Source: a virus (taxonomy: Duplodnaviria > Caudoviricetes). Taken from it: DNA of 64,000 nucleotides. Made by a program: the position numbers and the translations under genes. Each line of letters starts with the position of its first letter. Position 1 is the first letter of the stretch. The DNA lies in the IMG/VR virus record IMGVR_UViG_3300011678_000001, positions 1 through 64,000 of that record; one strand, written 5' to 3'. Shown here in pieces: positions 38,978-46,605 of the stretch. The notes beneath the pieces are model-generated. The model was not told where the DNA came from, made no database searches, and saw nothing but the letters and a program-made list of their open reading frames with translations.

Positions 38978-39680
38978 TCAGTTAAAAGCCCTGCAGCGTG
39001 GCATGAAAGCCATGGGGCTGTACACCGGTGCCATCGATGGTGCTTGGGGTCCTCTGAGTCACGGGTCGTTCATGAACGCCCGCCGTATGACCGAAGCTGT
39101 GCGTAAGAAAGCGGTGGCCGAACATGGCCTTGATCCGATCTTCTTAGCCTACTGCAACGCCACAGCATGGTCGGAAAAGGTCAGTGATGAGTTCGTCAAG
39201 ATCGTCAAGCACATTGCTGAAAGCTTGGCCATGCCCAATAACGGCCCGGACGACCTGATGGCCTGCATGGCGTTTGAGACAGGTGAAACCTTCTCTCCGA
39301 CCATCCGCAATGGCGCCGGTGCTCCGTACTTTGGTCTGATCCAGTTCGGTGCAGCCGCTGCCAAAGACATCGGTACCACCACCGGTGCGCTGATCAAGCT
39401 GACTGCTGAAGAGCAGCTCTTCTACGTGCAGAAGTTCTTCGCGCCGTACAAAGGCAAGTTGAAGAACCTGGGTGACGTCTATCTCAGAATACTCTGGCCC
39501 GCCGGTGTGGGTAAACCAGACGACTACGTTCTGTGGGACGAGAAGACCCGACCAACGACCTACGTGCAGAACAAGGGTCTGGACATCAACAAGGATGGGA
39601 AGATCACCAAAGCTGAGTGCTGCGCCAAGATCACCCAGAAGTTGGTTGCAGGTCTTCATCCGAAGAACCTCAAGGTCTGA
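38961..39680 (+). CDS. Modular endolysin (peptidoglycan-binding domain + lysozyme-like transglycosylase)
   Basis: LQRGMKAMGLYTGAIDGAWGPLS (PG-binding), MACMAFETGETFSP, GLIQF, YVQNKGLDINKDGKITKAE. Confidence 0.85.
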   Translation: MAATVNQLKALQRGMKAMGLYTGAIDGAWGPLSHGSFMNARRMTEAVRKKAVAEHGLDPIFLAYCNATAWSEKVSDEFVKIVKHIAESLAMPNNGPDDLMACMAFETGETFSPTIRNGAGAPYFGLIQFGAAAAKDIGTTTGALIKLTAEEQLFYVQKFFAPYKGKLKNLGDVYLRILWPAGVGKPDDYVLWDEKTRPTTYVQNKGLDINKDGKITKAECCAKITQKLVAGLHPKNLKV

Positions 39681-39681
39681 A

Positions 39682-39738
39682 CAAAGAAAAAAGAAAGCAG
39701 CAGACAGGAGGAGGGCTATAGCCCTCCTCCCTATGCCG
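39682..39738. terminator. Bidirectional terminator
   Basis: GGAGGAGGGC-TATA-GCCCTCCTCC with TATGCCG on + and TTTCTTTTTTCTTTG on -. Confidence 0.75.
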
Positions 39739-39876
39739 TTAGTCTTTTTGCTTGCGCACGAAGGTCCGACCGAAGACCGTGAAACGATCCGGCAGGCCCT
39801 TAACTAGCTTGTAGCCAATAACCGAACCTGCAACAGCAGCGCCCACAGCGATAGCAGCGAATGTAGTATTGGTCAT
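39739..39876 (-). CDS. 45-aa putative membrane peptide (not in ORF track)
   Basis: MTNTTFAAIAVGAAVAGSVIGYKLVKGLPDRFTVFGRTFVRKQKD; AGGA RBS. Confidence 0.6.
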   Translation of the reverse strand: MTNTTFAAIAVGAAVAGSVIGYKLVKGLPDRFTVFGRTFVRKQKD

Positions 39877-39902
39877 GAGGGTAGTCCTATTGTAGGGTGG
39901 TC

Positions 39903-40067
39903 TTAGTTTGCCAGTGCGGCTTCAAGGGTGGCGATCTTAGCTTCGTAGGCCAGGGCCTGAGTGCTGAGGACACCATAAACACGCATGGCATGGGCGAACA
40001 TATGGGTGGCATGAGCCAATTCCGCCTGAAGGGCGCGAGTGTCAGTGCCGAACAATTTGCTGAACAT
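39903..40067 (-). CDS. 54-aa hypothetical protein (not in ORF track)
   Basis: MFSKLFGTDTRALQAELAHATH...LEAALAN; GGAGG RBS. Confidence 0.65.
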   Translation of the reverse strand: MFSKLFGTDTRALQAELAHATHMFAHAMRVYGVLSTQALAYEAKIATLEAALAN

Positions 40068-40096
40068 GATGCGCCCTCCATTGGGCTAGGGTTGAG

Positions 40097-40609
40097 TTAA
40101 CTGCGTTTCTTGCCAGCACCTAATGCCAGCAGACCCAGGCCCAGAATCAGGGCGCCGAGTCCGGTGTCGCTTTCTTGTTTGACTTCTTTACGGTGACCAC
40201 TGATGCCATGGGCTTGAGCACCCTTCCAACGGGACTCGTGACGCACAGGTTCTTCGATCTCCAGTTCCAAGGTACGAGTCGGTTCACTGCGAACCGGTTC
40301 ACGTTCCATGACCACCAGCTCCTTGTTGACGAAGAAGCATTTCAACCGCAGGTGCAGCGCCGCCGCCAGTGCCAGACGACGATGGTCCTTAGGCAGCTCT
40401 TTCCACTCGGTGCTCATCCAGACGCGCTCACGGTCGCCATCGCAACGAACCACTTCCAGCTCGAAGCGTTCGCCATGGATCTTGAACTCCACTTCATTGT
40501 GGTAGTCCTGCCAACGGACGATGACGCCACGGGTGGTCTTGGTGTGGATTTTAGCGGCGCTTGCCAGGGCGTCGTGAATGGATTTAACTTGGACTTCGAT
40601 AACTTTCAT
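40097..40609 (-). CDS. Hypothetical protein with C-terminal membrane anchor
   Basis: AGGAGG RBS; ends GLGALILGLGLLALGAGKKRS. Confidence 0.75.
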   Translation of the reverse strand: MKVIEVQVKSIHDALASAAKIHTKTTRGVIVRWQDYHNEVEFKIHGERFELEVVRCDGDRERVWMSTEWKELPKDHRRLALAAALHLRLKCFFVNKELVVMEREPVRSEPTRTLELEIEEPVRHESRWKGAQAHGISGHRKEVKQESDTGLGALILGLGLLALGAGKKRS

Positions 40610-40652
40610 GGTGACCTCCTAAGGTCTGGGTAAGGGGTGTTGCAAAGGGTTG

Positions 40653-40949
40653 TTAAGCCGCGTTGCCCAGATGGGTCAGCAGGGCGTTTTCAATCAGGAT
40701 GTGCATCTGCGAATCCGGCTCGACCACCTTGACAGGGATGTAGTCGTGCTTGCCGTCTACACGGCGGTAGCGGTAGTAACCTTCGCGGCGAATCAGGCCG
40801 ATGGCTTCTTGATCAGGCACCCCAGAACTGAACCGCGCCAGTTCCCAGTGGATACCGTATCGGGTTTGACGCCGGAAGAAGAAGGCACCATCCGCATCGT
40901 GCAGATCGTCAGCGGTTTGTTCAGCGGTGTAACGATGGGCGATTTTCAT
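40653..40949 (-). CDS. Hypothetical protein
   Basis: MKIAHRY... from ATG 40949 with AGGAG RBS. Confidence 0.65.
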   Translation of the reverse strand: MKIAHRYTAEQTADDLHDADGAFFFRRQTRYGIHWELARFSSGVPDQEAIGLIRREGYYRYRRVDGKHDYIPVKVVEPDSQMHILIENALLTHLGNAA

Positions 40950-40974
40950 GGGACACTCCTGGTAGGTGTCTGGG

Positions 40975-41226
40975 TTAACCGAGGTGGGCGAACATGTCGG
41001 CATGGAACTGTTCGTTCAATTCCGGGTGACGCTGGGTGACTGCCTTGCATTTAATAAACGTACCTTGCGGGGTACGGTAGTAGAAATCTTGCAAGAAGGT
41101 GATCACAGGGATCTTCTTCAGGTTGAGGATCTCAGCCGAGGCGTAGATCTTCTCACCGTCAATGGTGATCTGGGTGTAGAAGGGAAACGACGTTGCGCCA
41201 ACGGCGCTGGCAAGTGCAGGGGTCAT
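40975..41226 (-). CDS. Hypothetical protein
   Basis: MTPALAS... from ATG 41226 with AAGGAG RBS. Confidence 0.65.
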   Translation of the reverse strand: MTPALASAVGATSFPFYTQITIDGEKIYASAEILNLKKIPVITFLQDFYYRTPQGTFIKCKAVTQRHPELNEQFHADMFAHLG

Positions 41227-41243
41227 GTCAGTGCTCCTTGGCA

Positions 41244-41282
41244 CAAAGAGAAAGAAACACAGGGACCCAATGCGGGTCCCTG
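41244..41282 (-). terminator. Stem-loop with U-rich tail
   Basis: Minus strand: CAGGGACCC-GCATT-GGGTCCCTG-TGTTTCTTTCTCTTTG. Confidence 0.65.
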
Positions 41283-41292
41283 CACGGTACAC

Positions 41293-41394
41293 TTACAGGT
41301 TGTGGATCTTACGACGCAGATCCGAGTGCTGGTACTTGTCCAGGATGATCGAGGACACTACGACAACCGCAACAGCAATGGCGAAACCTTTCAT
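41293..41394 (-). CDS. 33-aa putative membrane peptide (not in ORF track)
   Basis: MKGFAIAVAVVVVSSIILDKYQHSDLRRKIHNL; TAGGAG RBS. Confidence 0.65.
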   Translation of the reverse strand: MKGFAIAVAVVVVSSIILDKYQHSDLRRKIHNL

Positions 41395-41435
41395 GACAGT
41401 CTCCTAAGACGTATAAGGGTAGGGTGTTGCAGAGG

Positions 41436-41636
41436 TTACTGGGCGTCTGCCGTTTTGGCGTTGGCCATGACCTCTTCCATGAACTTACGGCCCGCTTCGG
41501 TCTTACCGAACTCGGTGACCATTTCTTTGACCGACTTGTTCAACTTACGGTCACGATAGCGCTTGGCAATGAAGCCACCACCAACAACAGCAACCAGACC
41601 GACAGCCGATGCAACCAGAGTAGTAGTAGAAGCCAT
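41436..41636 (-). CDS. Small single-pass membrane protein
   Basis: LVASAVGLVAVVGGGFIA then KRYRDRK; TAAGGAG RBS. Confidence 0.75.
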   Translation of the reverse strand: MASTTTLVASAVGLVAVVGGGFIAKRYRDRKLNKSVKEMVTEFGKTEAGRKFMEEVMANAKTADAQ

Positions 41637-41691
41637 GGTGTTTCTCCTTAAGAACAGGGTACGAGTAGAAGACTATTCTCCTTACTCAACT

Positions 41692-41730
41692 GTACTATGT
41701 ATGGTTGAAAAAAGTTCGAATCAAATCGAG
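41692..41730 (-). promoter_or_regulatory. Putative early promoter
   Basis: Minus strand GATTCGAACTTTTTTCAACCATACATAGTAC, related to the motif at 8179, 44408 and 62653. Confidence 0.45.
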
Positions 41731-41790
41731 CCGGCAAAAAAGCCCTCCTCCAAGAGAGCCCGTTCTGAGGAGGCTCTCTTGGAGGGGCTG
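41731..41790 (-). terminator. Long intrinsic terminator
   Basis: Minus strand: AGCCCCTCCAAGAGAGCC...GGCTCTCTTGGAGGAGGGCT-TTTTT. Confidence 0.75.
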
Positions 41791-41852
41791 ACAAGGTCAG
41801 CAACGGCTAAGGGGAGGGAGATTCCCGGTGCTACACTAAATCATCAACATCA

Positions 41853-42035
41853 TCAACGCTTGACAGGATCGTTCAATACCCAGTGGGCATCGAGCGTGGG
41901 ATAAGGGGGCGGGGCCGCGGCGTCGGTCAGACACCGCTGGAGTATGGGCGGGAGGCTGCGAAAATGCCTCGCCGCTTCGACCTCCGTTTCAGACTGATCA
42001 GGATCGACCGGTAACGGTGCGTCAGTGTCAATCAT
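41853..42035 (-). CDS. Small hypothetical protein
   Basis: MIDTDAPLPVDP... 60 aa; GGAAGGA RBS. Confidence 0.55.
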   Translation of the reverse strand: MIDTDAPLPVDPDQSETEVEAARHFRSLPPILQRCLTDAAAPPPYPTLDAHWVLNDPVKR

Positions 42036-42051
42036 GGCGATTCCTTCCAAG

Positions 42052-42132
42052 CGGAATAGTGGTCAGCCAGGGGCGATGGCCATTGCCTATCGCGCTCCTG
42101 AAGCTGTCCCAGGAGATTTGGTACCTTCTCCT
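42052..42132 (-). ncRNA. Putative structured small RNA, copy A
   Basis: AGGAGA-AGGUACCAAA-UCUCCU hairpin, then CAGC..CAGG..GCGAU-A-GGC-AAUG-GCC-AUCGC..CCUG-GCUG. AAAAAATAAC box 18 nt upstream; CTATTCCG downstream. Confidence 0.65.
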
Positions 42133-42158
42133 ATAATAGTATCCAAGTTTGTTATTTT

Positions 42159-42575
42159 TTACGATTTACGAGGGGGTTGTAATACGTACTTGCCAAACCA
42201 CCATGATAAAGTTGGAGGAAAAACCCGTGCGCTGACGTGGCGTTCAGGATCATAGGGCATCAACGAACCCACCTCTGACTCGTCCACCTCTAGCTGATGC
42301 AGGAGGCTTTGCCACGTCAAGGGCATGGTCAAGGGGGTGACAATAGGGGAGCGGTTCTCAGTCCGACGTCCCGCGCCTTGTTCATTGATGTACGCCATGT
42401 AGATGTCGGTATCTGGCTCTACTTCGGTTAAGGGGGTCAGCATCACGAGCACCATGTGGGTGGCTTCGTTAAAGGTGCTATTGGTGTACTGATCCGTGAT
42501 CACCCCAACCAGGGTATGATTCGGGTTGCGCAAGTCCTTGCCTGTGTAGATCCGGTGTTCGGCTCCGATGGTCAT
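42159..42575 (-). CDS. Hypothetical protein
   Basis: ORF with start at 42575 (GAAGG RBS) or 42608. Confidence 0.65.
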   Translation of the reverse strand: MTIGAEHRIYTGKDLRNPNHTLVGVITDQYTNSTFNEATHMVLVMLTPLTEVEPDTDIYMAYINEQGAGRRTENRSPIVTPLTMPLTWQSLLHQLEVDESEVGSLMPYDPERHVSARVFPPTLSWWFGKYVLQPPRKS

Positions 42576-42602
42576 AAGGCGGCCTTCGCTAAAACGGTAA
42601 GA

Positions 42603-42686
42603 CGGCATAGATGGCAGCTGGAGGCGATGACGAATGTGTCTATCGCTACTCCAGGGCTGCCCAGGGAAGAGTGGTACCTGTTCCCT
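42603..42686 (-). ncRNA. Putative structured small RNA, copy C
   Basis: AGGGAA-CAGGUACCACUC-UUCCCU, then GGCAGC..UGGAG..GCGAU-A-GAC-ACAUUC-GUC-AUCGC-CUCCA-GCUGCC. AAAAAATAAC 18 nt upstream; CTATGCCG downstream. Confidence 0.65.
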
Positions 42687-42712
42687 ACATCATAGTCTAG
42701 CTTAGTTATTTT

Positions 42713-43423
42713 TTACCCTTTTACCACTTTCCCCTTCATCGCATAGGTCGGGAAGGTGTAGGTAGTACCTGCGTGTCCGATCTCTAACCGACTGTCCGTA
42801 AAGAGGTTGAGGTTCATAAACAGGTACCGGGACTGGTCTTCCATCAAGACCCGACGGTCCATCATGGGCCGAAGGACCCTGATCATCCGTTCCTCGTCAC
42901 TTAAGCTCCAGGGCTGCCCAGGCACTAACGGATGCACCTGCATCACCCGCACACTGCCTTTGTCTGATTGGAATGCCAACCGACCTAATCCATAGCGCAC
43001 CATCAAGTCAGCAAAATTCTCAATCGTCTCGCACAACTCGGGACGTGGGGTCTGATAGCGAATGGTATCGTTGAGTTTACTGGGGTAACGGTAGTAGGTC
43101 TCAATTTGTTCCGTTGACAGGTCCAACAAGCTCCTCAGTGCTCCGATCGAGACGAGCCCTACCTGTGTGACCACTTCAAATTTAGCGACCATGGCAGGGT
43201 CGGCATGCGGGCTGACGACCATCCTGACCAAATGCACATTGAGGGTATCCCAGAACTCCTGATCGGGCTCGATAAACTTGTGTGGCTCCAAGTACCCTAT
43301 CAAACAGATGTACCCTGCCCCGGTCGAATACACCGCTACGCAGGAGAAGTGACTCTGAATCTTCTCATCACGTAAGACGTGGGCAAAGTGCAAGCTGTTA
43401 GTGGTCAGGTTAGGGTGCGTCAT
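42713..43423 (-). CDS. Hypothetical protein (paralogue of 43472..44188)
   Basis: 236 aa, GAGGA RBS; shares FA...I.SHF...G.I..GYLEP with its neighbour. Confidence 0.75.
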   Translation of the reverse strand: MTHPNLTTNSLHFAHVLRDEKIQSHFSCVAVYSTGAGYICLIGYLEPHKFIEPDQEFWDTLNVHLVRMVVSPHADPAMVAKFEVVTQVGLVSIGALRSLLDLSTEQIETYYRYPSKLNDTIRYQTPRPELCETIENFADLMVRYGLGRLAFQSDKGSVRVMQVHPLVPGQPWSLSDEERMIRVLRPMMDRRVLMEDQSRYLFMNLNLFTDSRLEIGHAGTTYTFPTYAMKGKVVKG

Positions 43424-43471
43424 GCAGAATCGATCCTCATGCAGGCAAAGAAAAAAGAAACAGCGGCTCTG

Positions 43472-44188
43472 TTATCCTCGCGGAGCCAGCGCGTACAACG
43501 GGATAATGTATTCGCGGTCAATCTCAGGGCTCAAACCTGTGCCAAAGGCGACATGGGCTTTACCGTATAACGAGAGCTTGATCGTGACGTGTTGATCGCC
43601 TTCAACGACTAACTCAGGGCGTTGAAGTAAGGGGGTCAGGAACTTGACCATACGCCGTAGATCACGCGGCTGGGGTTCGGTTAACCGAGGACGGGCATAG
43701 CGCAAGTCCATCAGGTGTACCTGTTCACCGATGTGTTGCAAGGTGACATCGGTGATGTCCCAGACTGCCAGCATGTTGGCCACATCGACCACGGTCCCGG
43801 TCAGGAATTCATCCGCCGGTAAGGCTTGTGCTTCTGCTTGCGCCACCGTAACCAAGGCTTCGTCGGCCATGGTCATGATCATGATGTCATCGTCGCGTCG
43901 CAGGGCCATGAGGTCCCGCACCGCCTTGACCTTGACTGTGCCTTGCTTACGCAGCTCCCTGAAGGCCGCTTCTTTCTCCGGCTCCACCTGATCGGATACA
44001 CTGACCCGTGTAATAAACAAGGTCGCTTCATTCAGGTGACTGATGTCTTCAGGACGGATTTCCCATCCCGGCTCCAAGTACCCTACAAAGACAATTTGAC
44101 CGTACTCTGTCTCGTCGGTCCCGATGGCCACAAAGTGACTGTCTATCCCGACATCCGGGTTAATCTTGGCAAACATAAGTTGCGCCAT
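43472..44188 (-). CDS. Hypothetical protein (paralogue of 42713..43423)
   Basis: 238 aa, AAGGA RBS. Confidence 0.75.
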   Translation of the reverse strand: MAQLMFAKINPDVGIDSHFVAIGTDETEYGQIVFVGYLEPGWEIRPEDISHLNEATLFITRVSVSDQVEPEKEAAFRELRKQGTVKVKAVRDLMALRRDDDIMIMTMADEALVTVAQAEAQALPADEFLTGTVVDVANMLAVWDITDVTLQHIGEQVHLMDLRYARPRLTEPQPRDLRRMVKFLTPLLQRPELVVEGDQHVTIKLSLYGKAHVAFGTGLSPEIDREYIIPLYALAPRG

Positions 44189-44231
44189 GGCAGCGTCATC
44201 CTTTGGCTACAGGTGAGTGAAACTATCCAGC

Positions 44232-44312
44232 AAACATAGGTCCATAGCCGAGGGCGATGGCTATTGCCTATCGCTCACTCGGGCTATGCAAGGGCTGCGG
44301 TACCTGTCCCTT
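44232..44312 (-). ncRNA. Putative structured small RNA, copy B
   Basis: AAGGG-ACAGGUACCGCAG-CCCUU, then CAUAGCC..GAG..GCGAU-A-GGC-AAUA-GCC-AUCGC..CUC-GGCUAUG. AAAAGAATAC box 18 nt upstream; CTATGTTT downstream. Confidence 0.65.
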
Positions 44313-44407
44313 ATACCATTGATCGTTCCAGTATTCTTTTACGATTTGCATCCGTGCCGGCTAGCAAGTAGCGACAATCAAGGGTTAGAAGAGACCCCTT
44401 CACTTAA

Positions 44408-44440
44408 GTGATGTATTGCCAAAGTTGATTCGAATCGAAT
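44408..44440 (-). promoter_or_regulatory. Putative early promoter
   Basis: Minus strand GATTCGAATCAACTTTGGCAATACATCAC. Confidence 0.45.
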
Positions 44441-44455
44441 TTCTATCCCTGTCCC

Positions 44456-44881
44456 TCAGAGGGTCAGTTCAAAGGCCTTGGACGCCTTTAAGGTCGTCTT
44501 CAGGTACTCCCGAGCCTCCTGCTCACCGCTGGCCGAGGTATAGACCTCGATCAGGTCCAAGCCACCCTCTGGGGCGACACTCAATTCGTGGATGGTCCAT
44601 GCTCCGTTGAGCACCATGTACAGATGCTCATGGTCATCCGAGACCACTACTTCATAGACCCATCCGGTGTCCTGATTACCTTCCTTGGCCAGGATGTTGA
44701 GCGTGAGGAGATCACGCTCACAGTTTTGTACAAAGCGTAGGATCGAGTCCACAGCAGTGGGGTGTGCTATACCGGCCCACTGGTTGGCATCGTACGAGAG
44801 TTTTACGGTGTCCACTCCTTGTCCCTCATCGTCATCGGTACTGCGCTTGGGTACCAGAGCACTTACCCTGGTCACATCCAT
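44456..44881 (-). CDS. Hypothetical acidic protein
   Basis: 141-aa ORF. Confidence 0.6.
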   Translation of the reverse strand: MDVTRVSALVPKRSTDDDEGQGVDTVKLSYDANQWAGIAHPTAVDSILRFVQNCERDLLTLNILAKEGNQDTGWVYEVVVSDDHEHLYMVLNGAWTIHELSVAPEGGLDLIEVYTSASGEQEAREYLKTTLKASKAFELTL

Positions 44882-44964
44882 ATACGGGTTTAGTATTTAT
44901 TGACGGTTTCGCTTGACGAATCCTATGTAGGGTTCTTTCTATTCATTAACATCGGTGATGCCTA

Positions 44965-45606
44965 ATGCTACACAGTATGATCATGGCCGCTGCACAGCGC
45001 CGTAAGTTACATCGGAAACTGCCTACTGGACAGGCGTTCTTTCAATCAAATGGCAGTTACAAATGGAAGTGTCCAGAAGGCGTAACCAAGGTTTCTGTTG
45101 CGTTGGTTGGTTCAGGGGGTGCGGGGTATTGGGAAAACCGTCAAGTCGGCGCAGGGGCTAACGTACGTTGGATCAACGATGTCGACGTCGTACCGGGCAC
45201 GGAATACACGGTCTTTATCCCGACCCAACGCCAAGCCCGTAACCTACAGGCCGATAATGGCACCTCTGCATTTGGGTACACGGCCGCCTCAGCCCTGTCC
45301 GATAAAGTCAAGGGGGCCAATGGCAGTCCCTCGATCCAGACCCTCAACAACCAATACCGCGCCGGTGGGTCAGTCGGCTATGTCAACACCGGGACTACCG
45401 GTCAAGGCATTGACCTTAAGACCTTCACCGCTGTAGCGCCAGGTGACTCATCCCGGTTTCATGGCGGTTGGGCGGGTGGTGGTGGTGGTTACGGTGCCTC
45501 GGCCTCAGGGTTAGGTGGCGTGGGGGCTGTCCGCATCATCTGGGGTAAAGACCGGGCGTTCCCTAATCAGAACATCGGTGACATGGCGGACCTGAGTACT
45601 CCTTGA
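44965..45606 (+). CDS. Glycine-rich-domain protein, probably virion/tail-associated
   Basis: WKCPEGVTKVSVALVGSGGAG...VVPGTEYTV...GGGGG...GAVRIIWG is a Gly-rich phage domain pattern; AATCCTATG upstream. Confidence 0.7.
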   Translation: MLHSMIMAAAQRRKLHRKLPTGQAFFQSNGSYKWKCPEGVTKVSVALVGSGGAGYWENRQVGAGANVRWINDVDVVPGTEYTVFIPTQRQARNLQADNGTSAFGYTAASALSDKVKGANGSPSIQTLNNQYRAGGSVGYVNTGTTGQGIDLKTFTAVAPGDSSRFHGGWAGGGGGYGASASGLGGVGAVRIIWGKDRAFPNQNIGDMADLSTP

Positions 45607-45677
45607 TCTACCTCACCGGGGAGTCTAACCTCCCGCTCACCGGGTCGGTGGAACTGTACATCGCCTAGTGACACCCA

Positions 45678-45715
45678 GCATAACAGGAGGAGCCACTGGC
45701 TCCTCCCTTATGTCG
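45678..45715. terminator. Bidirectional hairpin (CATA-stem-TATG type)
   Basis: GCATAACA-GGAGGAGCC-ACT-GGCTCCTCC-CTTATGTCG. Confidence 0.7.
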
Positions 45716-45717
45716 TC

Positions 45718-46191
45718 TCACCGCATGTGCACAATGACCACGTCATCCCGAATGACCCCAGCGTGCCGGATCACGGTGAACTCACTGGCGCGGTTCGCAC
45801 TGACGTCATCCAACAGGATCACCTTGGCCTGACTCAACTGCTCAATCAGGATCTCGGTGTCCACCGTCTCCATGACCGGTTCCCAGATACGCCCTACCGC
45901 CTCCGGATTGCCCCGCTGTAAGCTCAACGCGGCTGTCTCCTTAGCCATCCCTGCTGGGACCAACAACACCGCGGTAGGCTCCTTGTGCAGCTGTTCTACC
46001 AACCAGGTGGTCTTGCCACTCTGCCGGCCCCCACCCATGTACACAGTGCGGTAGTTGTACAGGTAGGTGTACGCCAAGGCTTTCAGCGTGGGTTTCAAGG
46101 GTTCACGCAGATGAGCCGGTGGTAGAAGACTCACCGCTTTCTCAAAGATCTCATCACGGGTCTGCAAGCGATCATCCATGGACAGGGTCAT
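45718..46191 (-). CDS. Small P-loop NTPase-like protein
   Basis: VYMGGGRQSGKTT (Walker A) and VILLDD (Walker B). Confidence 0.65.
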   Translation of the reverse strand: MTLSMDDRLQTRDEIFEKAVSLLPPAHLREPLKPTLKALAYTYLYNYRTVYMGGGRQSGKTTWLVEQLHKEPTAVLLVPAGMAKETAALSLQRGNPEAVGRIWEPVMETVDTEILIEQLSQAKVILLDDVSANRASEFTVIRHAGVIRDDVVIVHMR

Positions 46192-46412
46192 GATCCATAT
46201 TCCTCAATCCTACGTAGTTTGGCATTGATCCCAGCTTTACGGATACTCAAGGTCCTTAAAGCGGCTTTAAGGTCATGGCTTAAATAATCCGGATGATCCA
46301 GGTTCAGTTCATGTTGACGTTCTAGTACTGCTTGTTCTATTGATGAGGTGACCTGGTCTATGAATTTCAGGTCAGCTAGGAGTTTGGTTTTCTCAGGGAG
46401 TAGAGTAGTCAC
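46188..46412 (-). CDS. Hypothetical protein
   Basis: 74 aa; ATGA overlap with the next gene. Confidence 0.55.
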   Translation of the reverse strand: MTTLLPEKTKLLADLKFIDQVTSSIEQAVLERQHELNLDHPDYLSHDLKAALRTLSIRKAGINAKLRRIEEYGS

Positions 46413-46571
46413 GTATTCGCGGTGCTCACAGAAAAGAAAAGAAGAAGTCGGAGCTTCGCTCCTCCGCTAGCGCATTGTCTCCAGTCCCTTCCGACAATGC
46501 TTTTTATAGCATTTCGAATTTATTCAGAGAATTGGTTAGAGAAGGATTAATTTACGAACCACATCAAGACA

Positions 46572-46598
46572 GCATAAAGGAGAGCCCGAAGGCTCTCC
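46572..46598 (-). terminator. Hairpin terminator after portal
   Basis: Minus strand GGAGAGCC-TTCG-GGCTCTCC-TTTATGC. Confidence 0.75.
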
Positions 46599-46605
46599 CC
46601 TACAC

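Noticed and set aside
42052-44340. The three repeated elements as a CRISPR array or tRNAs
   Set aside because: Copies are separated by whole genes, differ in sequence, and lack spacer periodicity or a cloverleaf/TTC arm.
46449-46506. Two small hairpins upstream of 46188..46412 as a fourth sRNA copy
   Set aside because: They lack the AGGUACC loop, the GCGAU/AUCGC helix and the 18-nt-spaced box.
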